A stretch of 64,000 nucleotides of DNA from Escherichia phage ECML-134: the sequence record JX128259; one strand, written 5' to 3'. Below, in pieces: positions 22,302-31,894 of this stretch. A program made the translations under genes and the position numbers. The notes beneath the pieces are model-generated. The model worked only from the letters and a program-made list of their open reading frames with translations. It had not been told where the DNA came from and did no database searches. How positions within the stretch are numbered: position 1 is the stretch's first letter; each line of letters starts with the position of its first letter.

Positions 22302-23396
22302 ATGGCAATTGTTAAAGAAATAACTGCTGATTTAATTAAAAAGTCCGGTGAGAAAATTTCAGCCGGACAGAGTACTAAATCAGAAGTAGGAACTAAAACA
22401 TACACTGCCCAGTTTCCAACTGGGCGTGCTAGTGGTAATGACACTACAGGGGACTTCCAGGTAACAGATCTATATAAGAATGGATTATTATTTACTGCAT
22501 ACAATATGTCATCTAGGGATTCTGGAAGTCTTAGATCGATGAGATCTAACTACTCTTCTTCATCTTCGAGTATTTTACGTACAGCTAGAAACACTATTAG
22601 TAGTACAGTATCAAAACTATCAAATGGATTAATATCAAATAATAATTCAGGAACAATAAGTAAATCTCCTATCGCAAACACTCTTTTACCGAGATCTAAA
22701 TCTGATGTTGATACATCATCACATAGATTTAATGATGTTCAAGAAAGCCTTATCAGTAGAGGCGGAGGTACTGCTACTGGTGTGCTAAGTAATATTGCTT
22801 CAACCGCAGTATTTGGGGCGCTGGAAAGTATAACACAAGGCATAATGGCTGATAATAATGAACAGATTTATACGACAGCCAGAAGTATGTATGGTGGTGC
22901 TGAAAATAGAACTAAAGTGTTTACATGGGATTTGACTCCACGTTCAACAGAAGATTTAATGGCTATTATTAATATCTATCAATATTTTAACTATTTTTCT
23001 TATGGTGAAACTGGTAAATCTCAATATGCTGCTGAAATAAAGGGGTATTTAGATGATTGGTATCGTTCTACGTTAATTGAACCTTTATCTCCAGAAGACG
23101 CAGCTAAAAATAAAACACTATTTGAGAAAATGACATCGAGTTTAACTAACGTTCTAGTAGTTTCAAACCCGACAGTTTGGATGGTGAAAAACTTTGGCGC
23201 AACATCTAAGTTTGATGGAAAAACGGAAATATTTGGTCCATGTCAAATACAGAGCATTAGATTTGATAAAACACCTAATGGTAACTTTAACGGATTAGCT
23301 ATTGCTCCAAACCTCCCTAGTACATTTACTCTCGAGATTACTATGAGAGAAATTATCACGTTAAACCGTGCTTCTTTATATGCGGGGACTTTTTAA
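22302..23396 (+). CDS. 48: Baseplate tail-tube junction protein gp48
   Basis: 364 aa, T4 position and length. Confidence 0.92.
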   Translation: MAIVKEITADLIKKSGEKISAGQSTKSEVGTKTYTAQFPTGRASGNDTTGDFQVTDLYKNGLLFTAYNMSSRDSGSLRSMRSNYSSSSSSILRTARNTISSTVSKLSNGLISNNNSGTISKSPIANTLLPRSKSDVDTSSHRFNDVQESLISRGGGTATGVLSNIASTAVFGALESITQGIMADNNEQIYTTARSMYGGAENRTKVFTWDLTPRSTEDLMAIINIYQYFNYFSYGETGKSQYAAEIKGYLDDWYRSTLIEPLSPEDAAKNKTLFEKMTSSLTNVLVVSNPTVWMVKNFGATSKFDGKTEIFGPCQIQSIRFDKTPNGNFNGLAIAPNLPSTFTLEITMREIITLNRASLYAGTF

Positions 23397-24361
23397 TGTA
23401 TTCTTTAGAGGAATTTAATAATCAAGCAATAAACGCAGATTTCCAACGTAATAATATGTTTAGCTGCGTTTTTGCAACAACTCCATCAACTAAAAGCTCT
23501 TCGTTGATAAGTTCAATTAGCAACTTTTCTTATAATAACTTGGGCCTAAATTCAGATTGGTTAGGATTAACTCAAGGCGATATTAATCAGGGAATTACCA
23601 CGCTAATTACAGCTGGCACACAAAAACTGATAAGAAAATCAGGAGTTAGTAAATATCTTATTGGTGCCATGAGTCAACGTACAGTTCAAAGTTTATTAGG
23701 ATCATTTACAGTTGGTACATATTTAATTGACTTCTTTAACATGGCATATAACTCATCTGGATTGATGATATATTCTGTAAAAATGCCAGAGAATAGATTA
23801 TCCTATGAAACTGACTGGAACTACAACTCTCCTAATATTCGTATAACTGGGAGAGAATTAGACCCTTTGGTTATTTCATTTAGAATGGATTCAGAAGCTT
23901 GTAACTATCGTGCAATGCAAGACTGGGTTAACTCTGTTCAAGACCCAGTAACTGGATTACGTGCTTTGCCGCAAGATGTCGAGGCAGATATTCAGGTTAA
24001 TCTTCATTCTCGCAATGGATTACCTCATACTGCGGTGATGTTCACCGGATGCATTCCAATATCAGTGAGCGCTCCTGAGTTATCATATGATGGAGATAAC
24101 CAAATAACTACATTTGATGTTACTTTTGCGTACAGAGTGATGCAGGCTGGAGCAGTTGATAGGCAAGCTGCGCTTGAATGGCTTGAATCTGCTGCTATAA
24201 ATGGTATTCAAAGCGTTCTCGGAAATAGTGGAGGTGTTACTGGACTATCTAATTCGCTTTCACGACTTAGTAGATTAGGAGGAACTGCAGGAAGCATTTC
24301 AAACATTAATACTATGACAGGAATTGTCAATTCGCAGAGTAAAATATTAGGAGCAATATAA
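23396..24361 (+). CDS. 54: Baseplate tail-tube initiator gp54
   Basis: 321 aa, T4 position and length. Confidence 0.92.
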   Translation: MYSLEEFNNQAINADFQRNNMFSCVFATTPSTKSSSLISSISNFSYNNLGLNSDWLGLTQGDINQGITTLITAGTQKLIRKSGVSKYLIGAMSQRTVQSLLGSFTVGTYLIDFFNMAYNSSGLMIYSVKMPENRLSYETDWNYNSPNIRITGRELDPLVISFRMDSEACNYRAMQDWVNSVQDPVTGLRALPQDVEADIQVNLHSRNGLPHTAVMFTGCIPISVSAPELSYDGDNQITTFDVTFAYRVMQAGAVDRQAALEWLESAAINGIQSVLGNSGGVTGLSNSLSRLSRLGGTAGSISNINTMTGIVNSQSKILGAI

Positions 24362-24365
24362 CAAT

Positions 24366-24395
24366 GGGGACCTTTCGGTCCCCATATTTTTATTT
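24366..24395. terminator. Terminator hairpin (GGGGACC-uuuc-GGTCCCC plus T-run) after gene 54
   Basis: Perfect 7-bp GC stem followed by ATATTTTTATTT. Confidence 0.65.
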
Positions 24396-24680
24396 ACGGA
24401 ATGAAATGAAAGCAGCAACTGAAGCAACTAAACTGTCTTCAATATAAACTTCAATTTTTACCGGAGCTTCTGACTCAAATTTACCTGTTACTACACCCTG
24501 AAAAATACTTTCAGTCTGTTCTGGCTTTGAAAAATTTTCAGAAGGAAAAATTCCGAACTTTTTATCTGTTCCAAAAATTTTGATAAATTCATCATAAACT
24601 GCTTCATTAAAAGCATTATCAGCAGGAATAACGCCTTCAACTACAAGTTCTTGACCTAAAAAGCGTAAAGAAGATTTCAT
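24390..24680 (-). CDS. Small early protein (T4 alt.-1/-2/-3 region)
   Basis: 96 aa ORF with GAGGAA Shine-Dalgarno and a T4 early promoter upstream. Confidence 0.7.
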   Translation of the reverse strand: MKSSLRFLGQELVVEGVIPADNAFNEAVYDEFIKIFGTDKKFGIFPSENFSKPEQTESIFQGVVTGKFESEAPVKIEVYIEDSLVASVAAFISFRK

Positions 24681-24711
24681 TTTGTGTTCCTCATGTTATG
24701 TCAGTAAGACT

Positions 24712-24741
24712 ACTATAACACAACATAAGGAACTTGTAAAC
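24712..24741 (-). promoter_or_regulatory. T4-type early promoter (-35 GTTTAC, -10 TATAGT)
   Basis: On the - strand: GTTTAC, 18-nt spacer, TATAGT, then GAGGAA and ATG of the 24390..24680 ORF. Confidence 0.65.
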
Positions 24742-26804
24742 TACATCTTGAACTTTTTAGACATTCCGTTGATGTTAACCAAAGAAGCTAAGATTTGAGA
24801 AACTTCGTTTTCCTCTTCTTTTGATTCTTCTACAAGGAATTGATTAAATCCAGCCATTGGACGAACTTCACCAGTTTCCATTAGATGGTCTCCATCATAT
24901 ACTGATTCTTCTAATTGTTCAGAAGGAGGAACGATTGTACCTTCGATTAGATACTTGTTATAAGCAGTTTCTTTCATAAAGTACGTACTTACTTTATTAA
25001 TCTTCAGTAAAATTCCACGCGGTAGAATAACTTCAGCTTCTGATGGAAATCCTGATAAATGACCTGGAACGATAACTTTGATTCGCTCAGCTCCTTTAAT
25101 TACCATACCCACGCTAGTTTCAGCATCTTCATTGGCATATGTAGAATGACTACCCATATGCATTAAATCTTCTGCATCAACGGAACCTTCTCCTTCGCCA
25201 GAAAATACTGCGCCGGAATCATCTAGAGCCATATAGTTTTTACCATGCTCACCGAAGATATTTGGTTTAAGTGATGTCGATACGAAGTTCTTGAAATAGA
25301 ACATTTTATTTTCAATGTTATGACGCAAAGTTTTAAAGGTAACTTCTTGTCCACGGTAAAGTGTAGTTCCTGGAGGAAGAACTGATCCTTTGGCAAAGGC
25401 AGAATCTAACGTCTCGATGTGCTTAATAGCTCGTTCCATGTATTCTTCACGGGTAGAATCTGGTTTACCCAAAAGGAACGAGTTCATTTCAACATATGAA
25501 TCTGCACAATAATCTTCAATTACATCAGATTCAGCCTGAGTCAGTCCTTTTGGAGTTACTTCGGTGCTTGCGTATTCATATGCCTGAGCAGCAGATTCAT
25601 TAATCAATTTATAAATGCCATTCATTACAAATTGAATAATAGCTGTCTTTTCATCTGACGTAGCTTTAGAACCTTTAACTAAATCATTGATAATTTTCTT
25701 AATAACATCAAAGCTATTAGAAATATTAATGTCAGCAAGATCGCTTAAAATTTTATCAGTTTTATAATCAAAGAATTCTTTATTCTTTAAATATTCTTGA
25801 GAACCTTGATATGTTATATCGCTCTGCAGCTTGATAGATGGATCGCGTAAACGTGCATGGGCTAATGCAATATGATTTCGGAAACTTTCTAGTTCATAAT
25901 CATTAGATTTAAAACGAGAAGCACTTCTCATACCACCGATAGCTCCTTTGCTGAAGTTTGAACCAATCTGGATAACGCCAGAGTTCATTGGTCCTTCTGC
26001 TTTATATACCGGAACTTTAGATTCAAACTCTTGATATTTCTTGGCAGCGAAGCTATCACCCTGAAGTGAAGCATCAACAGTAGAATATTGAGCTTGTGCT
26101 GCTAATCGACGACTAATTTTAGTTTTCTGAATAACAGCTTGATCAGTGCGCTTATCATTTTCTAAAGCAATAGAAGCAGCAACAGCGACAGCTTTAGGAA
26201 CAGCATTACCTGTTTTAACGTCTACATAAACATCACCAACCTTTGATTCAACTTTTGTGAATAACTCAGTTGAAATAGGAGGTACACCTGGAATGTCTTC
26301 TAAATTGGCATTTTTACGGTAAACCATAATATATGCATACTTTTTATCGTAATCCCAGAGTTCCTTAAGAAGGACGTATCTGCCACCTGAACGACTACGG
26401 ATAAGTCTATCAGCAATAACTTGAATTTGTCGAGCTTGGCCAGCAGTTTTAGACTTAAGAATACGAAGCATACAAGCATCAATTTTATATTGACGCATTG
26501 TTTGCATTGCAACAGTAAAAACTGAATTGATATAATTAATTGGGCTTGGACCAAGACCTTTTAATTTAGCAATTGAACCTTTAGCAGTTAATGTAAAAGG
26601 AACAATATGCATCATTTTGTCGCCCATTTTTAAATCGCGATTAGTATCACCTCCAGATGTATAGGTACATAAACGAAAGCCTGGTTGTTCAATTGCATCA
26701 TCAACATGAACTGAAAAAATTTGTGGTATTTTCTTCTTTGGATTTAAGTTTGTAATCGGAAGAGTAGTATCTTCGTCAAATAATTCTGTAATGAGTTCCA
26801 TCAT
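24741..26804 (-). CDS. alt: Alt, ADP-ribosyltransferase packaged in the virion
   Basis: 687 aa ORF at the T4 alt position; assigned by position and length. Confidence 0.85.
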   Translation of the reverse strand: MMELITELFDEDTTLPITNLNPKKKIPQIFSVHVDDAIEQPGFRLCTYTSGGDTNRDLKMGDKMMHIVPFTLTAKGSIAKLKGLGPSPINYINSVFTVAMQTMRQYKIDACMLRILKSKTAGQARQIQVIADRLIRSRSGGRYVLLKELWDYDKKYAYIMVYRKNANLEDIPGVPPISTELFTKVESKVGDVYVDVKTGNAVPKAVAVAASIALENDKRTDQAVIQKTKISRRLAAQAQYSTVDASLQGDSFAAKKYQEFESKVPVYKAEGPMNSGVIQIGSNFSKGAIGGMRSASRFKSNDYELESFRNHIALAHARLRDPSIKLQSDITYQGSQEYLKNKEFFDYKTDKILSDLADINISNSFDVIKKIINDLVKGSKATSDEKTAIIQFVMNGIYKLINESAAQAYEYASTEVTPKGLTQAESDVIEDYCADSYVEMNSFLLGKPDSTREEYMERAIKHIETLDSAFAKGSVLPPGTTLYRGQEVTFKTLRHNIENKMFYFKNFVSTSLKPNIFGEHGKNYMALDDSGAVFSGEGEGSVDAEDLMHMGSHSTYANEDAETSVGMVIKGAERIKVIVPGHLSGFPSEAEVILPRGILLKINKVSTYFMKETAYNKYLIEGTIVPPSEQLEESVYDGDHLMETGEVRPMAGFNQFLVEESKEEENEVSQILASLVNINGMSKKFKM

Positions 26805-26824
26805 ATCCTCTCTAGTGTTTATTC

Positions 26825-26832
26825 TATTTATA
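26825..26832 (-). promoter_or_regulatory. Late promoter TATAAATA (on - strand) upstream of alt
   Basis: Reverse complement of 26825-26832 is TATAAATA, about 20 nt upstream of the alt ATG. Confidence 0.55.
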
Positions 26833-26837
26833 AAATT

Positions 26838-26855
26838 AAAGGCCCGAAGGCCTTT
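26838..26855 (-). terminator. Hairpin (AAAGGCC-cgaa-GGCCTTT) between the 26854..27042 ORF and alt
   Basis: Short GC stem flanked by A/T runs. Confidence 0.4.
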
Positions 26856-27042
26856 AATAATCTATTGGTAAGAGAGTACGATATATTTCAAACTTTGGAC
26901 CTTTTTCATAGGCATCAAATGTTTCTGTGAATTTATTATAAGCATATGCATCTATAAATTCAATCATGATTTGTGATACAGAAGTAGAAACATCTCCACC
27001 TTCTTTTTGAGCCACGACAATTGTTTCTAAGTAAGCTTTCAT
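26854..27042 (-). CDS. Small protein between gene 30 and alt
   Basis: 62 aa ORF whose start overlaps the gene 30 stop. Confidence 0.6.
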   Translation of the reverse strand: MKAYLETIVVAQKEGGDVSTSVSQIMIEFIDAYAYNKFTETFDAYEKGPKFEIYRTLLPIDY

Positions 27043-28502
27043 AAACCAGTTACCTCATGAAAATTACCAAATACATCCTCGAATGTATTAGCTTTAGTTT
27101 TATCTTCACGCAAACGAATCGCAATCGGAAGAAATAATTTAACGTAATCAGTGCGGCCATCAGATTTTAACCAACCGTTGCATTCGCACTCTAGAATTTT
27201 TCCAATATAATAATTTTGGTTTTCCATAATGCGAGTACGGTCAAGTTCATGCGATTTTACACCGGCTTTATCTTTTAAGCCTGAACCAGCATTTACTTTA
27301 ATTTTTCCACACTCTGACTCAAGAATAAATCCACCTGCTTTAGTAGGGTCTTTACGGTGAGGATAAATTCCTACAATTTTTAAATCAACATCAATTACTT
27401 CTTTAAATTTATAGAGATTTTTTGAACGAGCATTTTCCCATAATCCATCGATATTTTTGAGAATAATACCTTCAAGACCTTGGTCAATATACTTTTTATA
27501 AATTACCTTAGCTTCATCTAGGTTATTTACTATCTGGTTTTCAATTAAAATTACTTTATCATAGCCTGATGTCATTTGTTCTAGTTTAGAAAAACGTACA
27601 TCATATTTTAAACGAAATGCTGGAAGACCGTATATTTCTACTAATGGAACATAGTCCCAGACCTGAAACTTCATGCATTGTGCTTCTTTTTCAGAAATGG
27701 TTCCCTTTAAAGATTTATTAGCGATTCCATTAGAAGCAGTACGTGATTCAGCTACTTCGGCGAATTCTTTAGCTTTACTAATTTCAGGATAAGCATCAAA
27801 AAGAAAATCTAGGCCTTCTGGTTCCTTTTCAACTTGCTCATGGTATACCAATTCGCCATCAATTAATACACCTTCTGGATGAATCTGGCGGGCTTCAGCA
27901 GTCATTTTGATTAACTCTTCCTTAAGAAGATCTAATCCTAGATATTCATTGCCAGCTCGTGATAAAAGACGAACATCATCTAATTCATCACCTCTGACTT
28001 CGGCAAAGCACCGAGCTCCATCAGCTTTTAACTGGGCAAAGGCTGGAAATTTGATATTCTTATTAATGCCTTTTTCATCATAAGAACTTGCAAGCATTTG
28101 AGGTTGTTCAGGAATTAAACCTGGCCAAACTTTGTTCGCAATAGATACTGAAGCGCCACATTCAAGATCTCGCATCATCACTCGACGCAAAACTTCAACA
28201 TCATCTTTTTTACCATCGGTGATGTATCCAGTTAATTCCTCAATCGCCGCATTTCCAGTCAATTTCCGAGTAGCTAACGTGAATTCAATGAAGTCAAACA
28301 TATCGGTAAGAGTCAACATTCCAAAACTCTGGGTAGCAATACCAGGTTTAGGCCATTTCTTGATATAATACTGTAACCCACGAGAATAAGTCAGACGATA
28401 TACTCGTTTAAGCAATTCATTATCTTTATTCTTTTCAAGAATTGCTTGCTTCTGCTTAGTTGAACCAATAGATGCTATTTCGTTCAGAATTTTAAGAATC
28501 AT
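27039..28502 (-). CDS. 30: ATP-dependent DNA ligase gp30
   Basis: 487 aa; adenylation motif KADGAR; matches recalled T4 DNA ligase N-terminus. Confidence 0.96.
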   Translation of the reverse strand: MILKILNEIASIGSTKQKQAILEKNKDNELLKRVYRLTYSRGLQYYIKKWPKPGIATQSFGMLTLTDMFDFIEFTLATRKLTGNAAIEELTGYITDGKKDDVEVLRRVMMRDLECGASVSIANKVWPGLIPEQPQMLASSYDEKGINKNIKFPAFAQLKADGARCFAEVRGDELDDVRLLSRAGNEYLGLDLLKEELIKMTAEARQIHPEGVLIDGELVYHEQVEKEPEGLDFLFDAYPEISKAKEFAEVAESRTASNGIANKSLKGTISEKEAQCMKFQVWDYVPLVEIYGLPAFRLKYDVRFSKLEQMTSGYDKVILIENQIVNNLDEAKVIYKKYIDQGLEGIILKNIDGLWENARSKNLYKFKEVIDVDLKIVGIYPHRKDPTKAGGFILESECGKIKVNAGSGLKDKAGVKSHELDRTRIMENQNYYIGKILECECNGWLKSDGRTDYVKLFLPIAIRLREDKTKANTFEDVFGNFHEVTGL

Positions 28503-28768
28503 TGTTCATCCTTTAGAGTTTGGTTTACAGCTCTATTATAAATCAATTCATCATTAAGCTCAGTCAAAGACCTGTGGTACGTGGTTCTAACTTTATTTCC
28601 TTGCATCCAGTGCTTGACGTAAATGAAACCTTGCTCTACACATTTTTTAAAAATTCGTTCGTCTTTTTGAGCTCGGAATTCTGGATTGCATCTAAAAAAT
28701 TGATTTACGTGACCGTAATCACGTGTAGTATTACCTTCATTTTCATAAATAGTGTGAACGACAAACAT
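28499..28768 (-). CDS. Small protein (T4 30.1 position)
   Basis: 89 aa ORF; stop overlaps the gene 30 start. Confidence 0.7.
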   Translation of the reverse strand: MFVVHTIYENEGNTTRDYGHVNQFFRCNPEFRAQKDERIFKKCVEQGFIYVKHWMQGNKVRTTYHRSLTELNDELIYNRAVNQTLKDEQ

Positions 28769-29622
28769 TAGAATGCTCCTTGGAAAATATTATCACCACT
28801 ACCACTAGTAAGTCTATTAAAATACCCTGCATCACCAGGCTTAATATAACTCCATGTATGGAATGGATGCATCTGATGTGAGTGCGTATAATATGGATGA
28901 TATGGATTATAAGGATTAAATCCAGGAGTTCTCCAGGTAGTGTTCCAACGAAAAGAATCGTTTTTAATCATCTTTTCAATTACATCTTTTATAGCTTTTT
29001 CACTATCAAAACTTTCTTTATTTTCCTTTGGTGGAAAAAGCTTATTCTCTACATCATTCCATGTATAAACTCGCTGAGCGGTTTTTGGAATACTGTCACG
29101 CTCCCCTCGAGCCATCCAATAAACAGGAACATTTAATATTTCACTTGCATGATCGCAGTGGTGAGCGAGATCGTCAATATAACAAATTACGTTATATTTC
29201 TCTTTTGCCTTTTTGAACAACTCTTCTTTTGAAGAATCATGACCACACATCAATACTTCTGAGAAGGCACCAGGAAAAAGAGCATTCAAATTAAATTGAC
29301 GATTCAGCAGAGCGTCAATAGAATCACCCAATGCTGTAACAGCTACAAAATTATAATCTTCTTTTAATTTGTTAATTACACACAGGGCATCTTTATATGG
29401 AGACAAGTAACGAATAAAATCTGAACGATTGTATTTTTCAATTAACTTGACGCCAAGTTCTTCATCACAATTAAAGAGTTTACCAGGAGAAATAAATTTC
29501 TCATCTTGGATCATTTTTAAAATATGTTCTAACGGAAGATTATATTTCTGAGCAAAATAAGGAAGGCCTGATTGCCAGCTTAAACATACTCCATCAATAT
29601 CAGTCAAAATAGTAGGCTTCAT
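28768..29622 (-). CDS. HAD-superfamily hydrolase-like protein (T4 30.2 position)
   Basis: 284 aa; N-terminal motif LTDIDGV (DxDG, HAD motif I). Confidence 0.7.
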   Translation of the reverse strand: MKPTILTDIDGVCLSWQSGLPYFAQKYNLPLEHILKMIQDEKFISPGKLFNCDEELGVKLIEKYNRSDFIRYLSPYKDALCVINKLKEDYNFVAVTALGDSIDALLNRQFNLNALFPGAFSEVLMCGHDSSKEELFKKAKEKYNVICYIDDLAHHCDHASEILNVPVYWMARGERDSIPKTAQRVYTWNDVENKLFPPKENKESFDSEKAIKDVIEKMIKNDSFRWNTTWRTPGFNPYNPYHPYYTHSHQMHPFHTWSYIKPGDAGYFNRLTSGSGDNIFQGAF

Positions 29623-30083
29623 AGAGAGTCTCTTAATAGGTTTAACACATCAATAAATTCAGCTTCGGTTAGTATTGTATCATCTTTTGTTAGACCACTA
29701 GCCATGCTGTGCTTCAAAACTTTTCCTTTTGAGGCTTGTAAGGCATCACGAAACCCCTTGTTTTGAATCGCTGCTTCAAAATATGCATTTGTATACAACT
29801 CTTTCCACGCTGGGGAGTATCTTGAAAATGGAACTCCCAGCCAGAAGAGGGTCCCACGGTCCTGAGCTCTTGCATAAGACCTTCCAGCTTGTTGGGCGGC
29901 AAGCCCGGATAACCCAAATATACGTCTTTGCTGCTCAACATTTTTCACCTTGCATCCTTGGAGGAATCCTTCGAGACCTCCAAATTGGATACCATCCATA
30001 ACAAAAGGCCATTGGGCGAAATTACTTAATGCGCATGATGGCCATCTAAAATTGCTTCTAATCTCTAACTCAGACATTTTCAA
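29619..30083 (-). CDS. YbiA/NADAR-like (DUF1768) protein (T4 30.3 position)
   Basis: 154 aa; segment ALSNFAQWPFVMDGIQFGGLEGFLQGCKV resembles the recalled E. coli YbiA core (DFSNFAAWPIKVDGKTWPTSEHYFQAQKF). Confidence 0.6.
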   Translation of the reverse strand: MKMSELEIRSNFRWPSCALSNFAQWPFVMDGIQFGGLEGFLQGCKVKNVEQQRRIFGLSGLAAQQAGRSYARAQDRGTLFWLGVPFSRYSPAWKELYTNAYFEAAIQNKGFRDALQASKGKVLKHSMASGLTKDDTILTEAEFIDVLNLLRDSL

Positions 30084-30276
30084 TACTTATAATTTCAACA
30101 TCAGCCCAATGACCATAGCAAGGAAGACGAAATTCAACTGGCCAGTTAGGGTCCTTTTCTAATATAATAGACTTAACTTGTGGTTCTTCATGTTCATCAG
30201 TATATGGATTTTTATCTGTTACTTTATATGTGACCTTAATGTACTGAATTCCAAAAATCTTATTAATTATATTCAT
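30070..30276 (-). CDS. Small protein (30.3' position)
   Basis: 68 aa ORF overlapping the neighbours at start and stop. Confidence 0.6.
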   Translation of the reverse strand: MNIINKIFGIQYIKVTYKVTDKNPYTDEHEEPQVKSIILEKDPNWPVEFRLPCYGHWADVEIISIENV

Positions 30277-30470
30277 ACTAATTCCTTTAATCCGTAAATA
30301 GGAGATAATTCATCACCCATACGAAGGTCTTCATTTCCATCTACCCAGGAAACAATATAAGCCTCTTTTATTTGAACACCACTCCATTTAAATGGAGGTA
30401 GAACCTTAGAAATTAATCCAGGTATACCAACTCCCTTTAATTCAACAGTTTGACCTAAAAAGAATTTCAT
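30273..30470 (-). CDS. Small protein (30.4 position)
   Basis: 65 aa ORF. Confidence 0.6.
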   Translation of the reverse strand: MKFFLGQTVELKGVGIPGLISKVLPPFKWSGVQIKEAYIVSWVDGNEDLRMGDELSPIYGLKELV

Positions 30471-30757
30471 TAGAACCTCATCTGAAAGCCGTGTGATTTA
30501 ACATTACCACCGCCAATATCAGAAATGTTAATTTCACTCGCAATTGAAGGGTCAATGTCAATTTCACGATTGAGTTTAGTGATAGCTAAAGTATCACGCC
30601 CATTTACTGTACGGAATTCTAAAGGACAAACCACATCAACGTAATTTTTAATCGATTCACTAGTAGGTTGCAAATGAGCAGGAAGGTCTTTGGGCGCCTT
30701 TGAGAAAACCACTTCACAGAAATTTTTACGGGTATCAAAATAAGTAGTCATAAACAT
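30470..30757 (-). CDS. Small protein (30.5 position)
   Basis: 95 aa ORF. Confidence 0.65.
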   Translation of the reverse strand: MFMTTYFDTRKNFCEVVFSKAPKDLPAHLQPTSESIKNYVDVVCPLEFRTVNGRDTLAITKLNREIDIDPSIASEINISDIGGGNVKSHGFQMRF

Positions 30758-30767
30758 GGTATTTTCC

Positions 30768-30783
30768 TCAGTAAGGGGCCGAA
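30768..30783 (-). terminator. Hairpin (AGGGGC-cgaa-GCCCCT) between 30.6 and 30.5 positions
   Basis: Perfect 6-bp GC stem with tetraloop. Confidence 0.45.
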
Positions 30784-30798
30784 GCCCCTCATTTTATT

Positions 30799-31164
30799 TT
30801 AAATATCAAATTCATTAAGAACTACATCAAAGATTGCTTCGAGATGTTCAGGTTTAGCTCTGTTACTCAGAATATGACGAATCCAAGTTTTAACCAAAAG
30901 CTTGCGATTAGCACCATTCCAACAAGGATGAGTCCCTAAATCGCGTTGACGAAAATCATCATCCAGAGCGATTTTAAAGTTGGAACCTTCCATTGTGATT
31001 GAAACCGTGATGCCATTTTCAAATCGCATATAAACGTAATTAGGAGTCATATACTGTTCAATTTCGCATACTGATCCATTTTGATGTTTCCAAAGGCAAA
31101 TAGTATCAATAGAACCTGCAATACCATTAGAAACATATTTACGTTCAAAGTTGATGTAGTTCAT
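30799..31164 (-). CDS. Small protein (30.6 position)
   Basis: 121 aa ORF. Confidence 0.65.
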   Translation of the reverse strand: MNYINFERKYVSNGIAGSIDTICLWKHQNGSVCEIEQYMTPNYVYMRFENGITVSITMEGSNFKIALDDDFRQRDLGTHPCWNGANRKLLVKTWIRHILSNRAKPEHLEAIFDVVLNEFDI

Positions 31165-31232
31165 TTTTATTCTCCGTGATGTTTAATTGCGGTACAGGTA
31201 TATAATATCATATCCTGTACCAAAGTAAACAA

Positions 31233-31565
31233 TTATTTTACTACTTTCCAATGCTTCATGTCAAGTTTACCAACTTTTTTCATCTTCTCAATTAAGCGTT
31301 CGGCACGTTGGCGAGCTGTAACATAATACCATTCACCTAATTCATTTTGTTCAATTTTTCCAACGATTACTGTATTCAATTCATAAATCCAACCGGTAAA
31401 GAAATTATGAACTTGAATTGTAAAGGTGAAATCTGTTCCCATACCTTCTGTTGTTTCTACTTCAATAATATCACCTTCAACTGCCATTAAGAACCACATA
31501 GTTTCATTATATTTACCATTGAAGCATTTAGTTTTAACTGCAGCGTTCAGATTAATCGTTTTCAT
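31233..31565 (-). CDS. Small protein (30.7 position)
   Basis: 110 aa ORF with AAGGAG Shine-Dalgarno and an early promoter upstream. Confidence 0.7.
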   Translation of the reverse strand: MKTINLNAAVKTKCFNGKYNETMWFLMAVEGDIIEVETTEGMGTDFTFTIQVHNFFTGWIYELNTVIVGKIEQNELGEWYYVTARQRAERLIEKMKKVGKLDMKHWKVVK

Positions 31566-31593
31566 TTTATTCTCCTTTGTTTGTGTAAGATAA

Positions 31594-31622
31594 TACTATC
31601 ACAAAGGAACCATATTGTAAAC
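31594..31622 (-). promoter_or_regulatory. T4-type early promoter (-35 GTTTAC, -10 TAGTAT)
   Basis: On the - strand: GTTTAC, 17-nt spacer, TAGTAT, then AAGGAG and ATG at 31565. Confidence 0.55.
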
Positions 31623-31653
31623 AACTTTGTGCAATCTTTGGAAAATAAAAAAG

Positions 31654-31671
31654 GACTCCCGAAGGAGTCCT
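31654..31671 (-). terminator. Hairpin (GGACTCC-cgaa-GGAGTCC) after the small basic-protein ORF
   Basis: Perfect 7-bp stem directly after the stop at 31676. Confidence 0.5.
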
Positions 31672-31675
31672 CAAC

Positions 31676-31894
31676 TTATGCTTTCTGCTTACCAAAACGA
31701 GAAGCATCATCTCGAAGAACCGCACGTGCTCGGCGCATGATCTTCTCAACAGTTTGATTGATACGAGAGTTCGACCCACGCTTGTAGCCAGCGCGTTTAG
31801 AATCACCAACTTTCTTTTCAACTGCTTTCTTTGCTTTAACTTGTTTTGCCATTATAAATTCTCTTTTAAATGAAAATGCAGGACTTATTGGCAT
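31676..31894 (-). CDS. Small, highly basic Lys/Arg-rich protein (30.8/30.9 region)
   Basis: ORF with an alternative start at 31852 (MAKQVKAKKAVEKK...); start not resolved. Confidence 0.55.
   Translation of the reverse strand: MPISPAFSFKREFIMAKQVKAKKAVEKKVGDSKRAGYKRGSNSRINQTVEKIMRRARAVLRDDASRFGKQKA

Noticed and set aside
31567-31821. 84-aa - strand ORF in the 30.7/30.8 interval
   Set aside because: Overlaps the better-supported basic-protein ORF in another frame and runs through the promoter and hairpin region; composition looks non-coding.
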